This document shows, piece after piece, positions 10,166-16,405 of a stretch of 16,405 nt of DNA (the stretch's first letter is position 1; each line of letters begins with the position of its first letter). The stretch is from Ginkgo biloba (Eukaryota; Plantae; Ginkgophyta), in assembly GCA_024626585.2 (NCBI GenBank), contig JANKJI020000002.1, positions 14,287,692-14,304,096 of the forward strand, written 5' to 3'. The translations under genes were made by a program, and so were the position numbers. Below the pieces are notes generated by a model. The model was given only the letters and a program-made list of their open reading frames with translations. It had not been told where the DNA came from and did not search any database.

Positions 10166-10948
10166 TGCAGTTATTTGTGCCACAGGTGCAGGTAGCTTTC
10201 TGTCAATTGATGGAAGTTGCTTGTGGCCAAAATGCAAGCTATTACATATTATGAATAGTTTTACATACTTAATTAATCATCTAGATTAGTTGTAGGGAAG
10301 GGTCGCCACTTATCAACGGCCTATTTGATGTATAAAGACCTCTTTACGACTAATACAGATTGAACAATTTCTCTTCCTAACCCGAGCACCAGGAAATTGT
10401 CTCATTGTTAGTGTAGGATTTTATATTTCTTTTTGTTCTTCTTGGTGTGATTTATTTTTTGCAATCGTCAATTGGGTGTGCAATCTTTCCTTTTCCATCG
10501 TCTAGTTGGTGAGACGTATAATATTTTCTTTCCCCTTGATTGCTAAATAGAGAGGCAAATTGCCCTCGTCATACATTTGATGTGAAGAATCGTGGATTCC
10601 ATCTCCTATTTGTCGTTTAAAGAAAAGCTTGCCTCGGTCAATAAATAATGACCGCCTGATGAAGCAATCACTTGAATTGATTATGATATGGAGAAAAATC
10701 ATTAGTGATTCAGTGCATCAACAACCTCCAACTTCTCCCCATTGGCATGCGTGGAGTTTCTTTCCTTCCACAAAGCTCCCGCCTATTATTTTTTATCACC
10801 ATTATCATTGTGCATGGATTGGTCTAAACCAAAGATGGATCCCTCCATTTATATTTCCTATGTATTAATGAAAATATCTTCTTATTGTTGACTCTTGATG
10901 TCTTAATAATTGATGTGATTGATCTTGTGCATGGAACAATCACACAAT

Positions 10949-11368
10949 TTCAATGTTAATGTAGATTTGCAACATAGTAATTTGTACTTAACATTTGGTG
11001 TTGTCAATATAGATTGAACATGACGTTTTCCAATGATGGGTGGTGACAGTGATTGTGACCAAGACTTGACAACATAAGATGAATTTGAAAGTTGGGGTTG
11101 ATTATATATGATAGAAATTTGAGACCCCTTATATGGAAGGTTTAACATAAAAAGTGATGCAGTTCAATGTTAGCCTAGATTGCCAACTTGGAAATTCATA
11201 CTTAACATTTTGCACCATTGTTGATCTAGATTGAACATGGGGTTTTCCAATAATAAGTGGTGACAGGTATTGTGACTAAGCTTGTTGACAACATGGGATG
11301 AATTTGGGAATCACTGTATATGATGGAAATTTGAGTCCCTCTATATCAAAGGTGTAAATAGATGCTAG
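10949..11368 (+). repeat. Diverged tandem duplication, two copies, period ~214 bp
   Basis: Copy 1 starts at 10949 and copy 2 at 11163, both with ttcaatgtta. Shared collinear blocks: tacttaacattt, tagattgaacatg, gttttccaat, gtggtgacag, attgtgac, ttgacaacat, gatgaatttg, tatatgat.gaaatttgag, gatgc. Confidence 0.9.
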
Positions 11369-11749
11369 GTTTGCAAAGTTAAGATTTACCTATGGTGGAA
11401 TCAACTTGTCGATAACTACATTCTTGCTAAAGTAGAGAATAATCATCAAACTATGTTAGAGTATCAAGCTAGTTTCTTCACTTATAAAGTGGAACAATTT
11501 TTAGTAGTTTAAACATTGTTGGCTATGTGGATGCACAAGTTTGAATGAAGATGGATCATTGCCTAAATGGAAACCTGACGTAATGAGGAGAAGACACCCA
11601 AGCAATCTTGACTACATGGCAAGCAATCGTTAGTCAAAGCAACCAATTGATGCATTGGGTAGGTTGTTGCAATGAACCTAGATTTGACAAGAGGGTATGG
11701 ATGTCATAAACAATGGAATTTTCTACATTGACACCATATGATTTTTGCT

Positions 11750-12776
11750 TGCTTTGACGACAGTGTGGCCCTTTGCCTAAGAATCTTTGCGACGATGCTA
11801 GAAGCAAATCCTTGGTGAAATCTTGACGACAATAAAACAAGGCATTTTCATATCCTTTTTGTAGGTTGGCATGTATTATTGGTCAATGAAAAGTAGAAAG
11901 GCAACAACAAGAGTCTATCGTTAGAGACGATTATGCTATTTGAGATGTAATATGGGAAGTTGAGTCCTTAAAGATGATGATCGATGTTAAAGACCTTTTT
12001 GCACTACTAAGTCTTGAAGATTGAGAATTGTTGAGGGAAAGCCCATTGAATGGAACAAATCCTATGAAGTAGAACTGTGAAGGCAAAACATAGATTGAAG
12101 GAGGATTACTAATGACATAATTCAATAAAGTCTATTAGAGGAATTAGAGAGTGAGTTTGTGGCTTCATGTCCAAGTGTATGAAAGACTTCAAAGATTGAA
12201 CCTTGAAAGGGGTCAAATGATATTTGACAATGATGAAAGTGGAAGGTGGTCATCGACAACCAAAGACAATGAAAGTGGATTGACAGTTTCTACAGATAGT
12301 GGTGTGTGAAGTGGACAAATGTCTAAAGTTGGAAAGGTGTGCCAAGTAGGTTAGTGAAAATTCTCCTCTAGTAAATATGGTCCCAATGCAAAGGTAGAGG
12401 CTACTTAATTGAGNNNNNNNNNNNNNNNNNNNNNNNNNNNNNNNNNNNNNNNNNNNNNNNNNNNNNNNNNNNNNNNNNNNNNNNNNNNNNNNNNNNNNNN
12501 NNNNNNNNNNNNNNNNNNNNNNNNNNNNNNNNNNNNNNNNNNNNNNNACAAAGAATATACGATGGAGTCACTTCAAGGATTGGAAGTCATTATAGAAGGA
12601 GTTTGAGTAAGAATTCAAGTTGCTACTAGGCAGTGGAGAAGTCGAGAAAATTTATAAATTGAAGCAAAACCAAGGAGAAAGTGTCTCTCTATATCGTAGA
12701 TGTTTGAAAGCACTGATGAAGCAAATGGAGTCCCATATGATTAATGATTTCAAACAAGCATGGTTCATGGATGGTT
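11750..12776 (+). mobile_element. Ty3/Gypsy gag, decayed (N-terminal region plus retrotrans_gag domain), interrupted at 12777
   Basis: 12548-12776 reads WKSL*KEFE*EFKLL..IYKLKQNQGESVSLYRRCLKALMKQME..WFMDG(L), matching the W..L...F / Q..ESV..Y..R / F..GL gag signature. 11750-12413 reads as a stop-riddled ORF (RQCGPLPKNL...); this part and the start coordinate are lower confidence. Confidence 0.8.
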
Positions 12777-13161
12777 TGTTAGAAATAATGTTCCTTCTAT
12801 TATTGTAAACTTATGATATATTTTTACGTTGTAACTTAAGTTGTAACATTATTAAGTTCGAATGGACTTAAGTTATATTTGTTAAGTCACTTAAGTGATT
12901 AAAATTTTATTAGGAGTCTCACACGTAAATGTGAGTCTATAAAATCAAGTCATGAGGTGTTTAGAAGTATCTCTCTATTAAGGAGGTCGCTTGAAGAGAA
13001 AGCAACCTTATTGAGGAGGTGGCTTGTGAAGGAAGCTATTTGCCTTACTCAAGAGGCAAATGAATTATAAATAGATGTACTTCTTTCATTTGTGTATCAA
13101 TGAAGTGAGAAGCATTTTCAACTCATAAATTCAAAGTTCTCTTGCTCTCTTATTTTCTACA
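12777..13161 (+). mobile_element. 5' LTR (385 bp) of a nested LTR retrotransposon (Copia-like or non-autonomous)
   Basis: Begins TGTTAGAAA exactly where gag homology stops and ends TTTTCTACA (imperfect terminal inverted repeat, TG...CA). Contains TATAAATA at 13066-13073 and is immediately followed by a tRNA-iMet PBS. Confidence 0.85.
13066..13073 (+). promoter_or_regulatory. LTR TATA box
   Basis: TATAAATA about 90 bp before the LTR 3' end, a typical position near the U3/R boundary. Confidence 0.6.
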
Positions 13162-13174
13162 TGGTATCAAAGCC
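13162..13174 (+). promoter_or_regulatory. Primer binding site, tRNA-iMet type
   Basis: TGGTATCAAAGCC vs canonical TGGTATCAGAGCC (one G>A), directly after the LTR CA. Confidence 0.9.
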
Positions 13175-13793
13175 TAGGGTTCGACCTAGGGTTTGTGGAG
13201 GGGATCTCTTGAAGGGACTAATGATTGGAGGCTTCAAGAAAGTTTAGATATCCTTGGAGAGACCTTGTTAAAGAGAATTCAAAAACCTAGGGTTGTGCAG
13301 AAGGTGTTTGTTTTCTGTAGGTTGGAGACAAAGACACAATTTTGGAGGTTTCAAGTTCAAATCCAATGGTAGAGGCTTGAAGGATATATCTTGAAGGAGG
13401 TTCAAGCCATTTCAAGGTAAGAAGAATCATTTCGAAGGGTTGGTACATCAAAAACCAAAAAGGTGCAAAAAGAAAAAAAAAGTTTAGAAATTTTAGTGTC
13501 AACCCTATAGTTACAAAAATTTTAGTAATTCACCATCTTCTCAAAAGTTTGTTTTATTGGTGATTTCAACAAATTTGTAGGCTATTAAGGCGACTTTACT
13601 TGAAGTGGAGTTTGAAATTTCTTAGCATCCTTGGAGGAGTATCAAGATTTTTTTTTTCCAGCCAAACCCTAACTACTAGAAGTACTCACTAAGGAAGGGT
13701 CTTATACCCTAGTCTTCAAGCAAATAAAAAAGAGGATGACCTTAAAGGAAGGCATCGATTCTATCATCTTCAAGCAAAAGATAAGTTCTCTAA
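13175..13793 (+). mobile_element. Non-coding internal leader of the nested LTR element, running into a gap
   Basis: Follows the PBS. It has repeated cctagggt(t)/aaaccct motifs and no recognisable gag ORF before N 13794. Confidence 0.6.
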
Positions 13794-13944
13794 NNNNNNN
13801 NNNNNNNNNNNNNNNNNNNNNNNNNNNNNNNNNNNNNNNNNNNNNNNNNNNNNNNNNNNNNNNNNNNNNNNNNNNNNNNNNNNNNNNNNNNNNTTCCTTG
13901 TCGATATAAGAGGATCATGCAATGTAGATTACCATCAAGGCGAT

Positions 13945-14290
13945 GTGTTGGGAGTCACTTGAATTATTGTGGATAACGAACTAGGGGTTAATCTCATCTT
14001 GAATCTTGTCGTGGCAACTTGGTAGATCAACATTTTGGTTGTCAAGATTTAGATTACGAATGACAAATCAAAGTTGAGTTGAACTATGGGGATTATTAAT
14101 AGGTTAAGTTATCTACATTGCCAATTGAACTTTTAAAGTTGATTTTTTTGGTAATCCCAATGTCTTCGATGGACTCATCTTTCTCTAGATTACTTAGATG
14201 ACCATGGTTGTGACAACAAAGAGCAATTCAACATTGGGGATGGGATACGTTGGCTATTAAGCAAAATGGATAGAGGCTTTGTAATGATAT
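13945..14290 (+). mobile_element. Ty3/Gypsy aspartic protease, decayed
   Basis: IIVDNELGVNLI (D.GSGVN motif), FRLRMTNQS*V..WG, FKVDFLVIPM, LLR*PWL (LLGRPWL), A.QHWG. Confidence 0.85.
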
Positions 14291-14689
14291 GTAGAAGTAG
14301 ATAATGAGTGAGGAATTAACATTGTATTCAGAGTTTGGATGATGATAAGGATGACGATGTTGTAGATGGTGAGAAGAGAAGTGTGTCATCCAATGATATG
14401 CCATTTGAGTTAATAGAAGATGGATTACAAATGTTAGATCAATGTTCAAAATATCATTTTCTTTGGGGTAGTGGTCTGTTGCATTGACAATTGGAGGAAT
14501 ATGAAATGTTATTACCTAGATGCTTATAGGTGGAGATTAATCAAATAGAGTAGGACGATTATCAAAATAATGTACATTATATCATGAATGAGCAAAATAA
14601 TGTTGAGACTTCATCCAAAGTACCAAAGGTTTATCCACCTCATTTTTCATAAATAAAGCATGGGAAGATAGGGATGAGGATGACACTTG

Positions 14690-15803
14690 CAACACATACA
14701 TTCCCCTAAGGAAGTTGAGATACAGTATGAGGGCCTAACAATGATGGAAGTTAATCATGTTCTTTATCATGGGAAGCTCATGGGATCCAACACTTACAGG
14801 AAATGCATTGAAAGATTTTACGAATATAAGGATGTGCTCACATGGACAAATCATGATTTGGAAGGAGTTTCCCATGAACTAACTGTGTGAGCATCAAATT
14901 GAACTCATAGTAGATGCAAAGTTAGTTAAACAACTGTATTGTATCCTAAATATGCAACCTAGTTAGAATGGGAAATTATAAATACACGTGATGTTGGAAT
15001 CATTTTCAAAGTAACAATAATTGGGTTTATCCCATTGTAATCTCATAAAAACAAATTACAAGTTGTCCATCTATGTAGATTTTCATAAAGTAAATATGAT
15101 GATGAAAAATGATCCCTTTCCAATCCCATTTATAGATAACATTTTGGAAGAAGTTGTACGGCATAAGATATTCCTTTTTCGATGGATTCTTGGGTTACGA
15201 TCATATTAATATCACCAAGGAAGACTTGTTGAAGGACACATATTGGGTCTAAATATGGCATTTATGCTTATAGCAAAATGCCCTTTGAAACATGTAATGG
15301 TCTAAACAACATTTTAGCGGATTAATTTGTAATTATTTGAGAAATTATTGATGAGGAAGATAAAAGTGTTTTTGGATGATTAGTAAGTGTATGGCCTTGT
15401 TTCAACACTTGTAGGTGGTCAAAAAGTGTCTGGACGACAAGCTCAACTAGCATTGAGTCCTAGAAAATGTTGATTACTAGTATCAAGTGGGAAGTTGCTC
15501 GAGCATATTGTATGTACACAAGAATTGAAGACTAGTCTTGATAAAATTAGAGTGATTGTGAACATGAAACATCTAAGAAATCTGGATGGAGTGAGAGCCT
15601 TTGTTAGGCATGTTGGCTACTATCACCGATTAATAAAGAATATTTCTATAATAGCATACTCATTGGATAAGTTCTTGCAAAAATGAACTATTTTTGTGTG
15701 GGGCACAAATTAACAACTGGGTTTTGAGGATTTTAGATTGGTGACTACTATTACTTTGGTTTTTTAAAATTGGGAGAACGACTTTCATATCTATGTTGAT
15801 ACA
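14690..15803 (+). mobile_element. Ty3/Gypsy reverse transcriptase and start of RNase H, decayed; probably non-chromoviral (Athila/Tat-related)
   Basis: EYKDVLTWTNHDLEGV, EHQIEL, WVYPIV, IYVDFHKVN..KNDPFPIPFIDNILEEV, DGFLGYDHI, YSKMPFETCN, VFLDD (FLDD 15369-15380), LALSPRKC, GKLLEHIV, VRAFVRHVGYYHRLIKN, FVWG, WENDFHIYVD. The order PR-RT-RH is Gypsy. Confidence 0.95.
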
Positions 15804-16405
15804 TGTCACTATACAAGATGCTTCTAAGCATAAAATAGCCATTATCTTGTTGTATCAAAGGAATTGTTTCAAGCCTTTTAAGCGTTCTCATTATAACACG
15901 TCTTCTTTACTTCAAATTTGAATTACATGGGAAGGTTATCAAAATATAATTATCTCCATTAAGAATTATCACTAGGGTTTAATATCCCTGACCACCATTA
16001 AGGTCATTTCCAATATCTTTTCATGCAATATTCCACTTATCACCATTAAGGCTTGGTGTCATTTGTCGGCACATCTACTTCTTACATGGGAGATCGTTGA
16101 AGAGATAAGAGAGTTGGAGCATCCATCCTTTGGTATTGATTTACGTGTTCTTCTTGTTCTATTATTAGTAAAATCATTTTACATATCTCATTTTATTTCC
16201 ATGGTTCTTCCCAAGTTTGAGGTTTTTCAGGTGAATATTCATACTATCATCATTCCTTTAGAGGACACGGTGCCTTGCATCTCTTGTTGCATTCATGTTG
16301 CAAGTTTAACCTTTTATCAAGAATATCTACTTCAAGCCATCTAGGGAGCAAGCTCACTTAAGGAGACAACATTCCACATGCATAAGGACCCCAACCTAAG
16401 ACTCA
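15804..16405. mobile_element. Possible LTR or other repeat inserted into the Gypsy RNase H
   Basis: RNase H homology stops at FHIYVDT. The sequence continues TGTCAC... (an LTR-like TG start), appears non-coding and has short internal repeats (caccattaagg at 15993-16003 and 16041-16051; ttacatggga twice). Confidence 0.35.

Noticed and set aside
10741-10760. tggcatgcgtggag as the PBS of the Gypsy element
   Set aside because: Only a partial match to tRNA-Arg-type PBS sequences, and no definable 5' LTR upstream.
13173-13672. tagggttt/aaaccctaa as interstitial telomere repeats
   Set aside because: Scattered single motifs common in plant LTR leaders; no tandem TTTAGGG array.
15807-15820. cactatacaaga as a CACTA transposon terminus
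   Set aside because: Imperfect match to CACTACAAGAA and no partner terminus or transposase in the window. An LTR-like TGTCAC start fits equally well.
1-16405. CRISPR array, prokaryotic operon, tRNA/rRNA genes or a novel multi-gene system
   Set aside because: No regularly spaced repeats, no intact long ORFs and no RNA-gene structures. The content is explained by one plant exon plus decayed retroelements.

Overview
AT-rich, repeat-dense eukaryotic nuclear DNA. It is plant-like; the element types suggest a large-genome gymnosperm or fern (inference). Eight N-gaps interrupt it (3524-3623, 5035-5868, 6555-6696, 7511-7610, 9588-9685, 10019-10118, 12414-12547, 13794-13893). The only host-gene sequence is a probable terminal coding exon (2483-2734, +) of an ankyrin-DHHC protein S-acyltransferase of the PAT24/TIP1-PAT23 family, preceded by more than 2.4 kb of intron. 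Just after its stop codon lies what looks like a decayed relic of the PAT24-type C-terminal tail. The rest is decayed, nested retroelements. A minus-strand L1-clade LINE (ORF1 end, endonuclease, RT; ~5869-9587) is interrupted inside its endonuclease by an RT fragment of a second, opposite-strand LINE (~7790-8740). A Ty3/Gypsy element (gag, protease, RT, start of RNase H; ~11750-15803) has its gag split by another LTR element (385-bp LTR plus tRNA-iMet PBS) and its RNase H cut off by a further probable insertion. I see no convincing new multi-gene system. The most interesting signals are the fossil PAT tail, the LINE-in-LINE and LTR-in-gag nesting, and an unusually long PBS-tRNA complementarity. 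All motif comparisons are from memory; no database searches were run.
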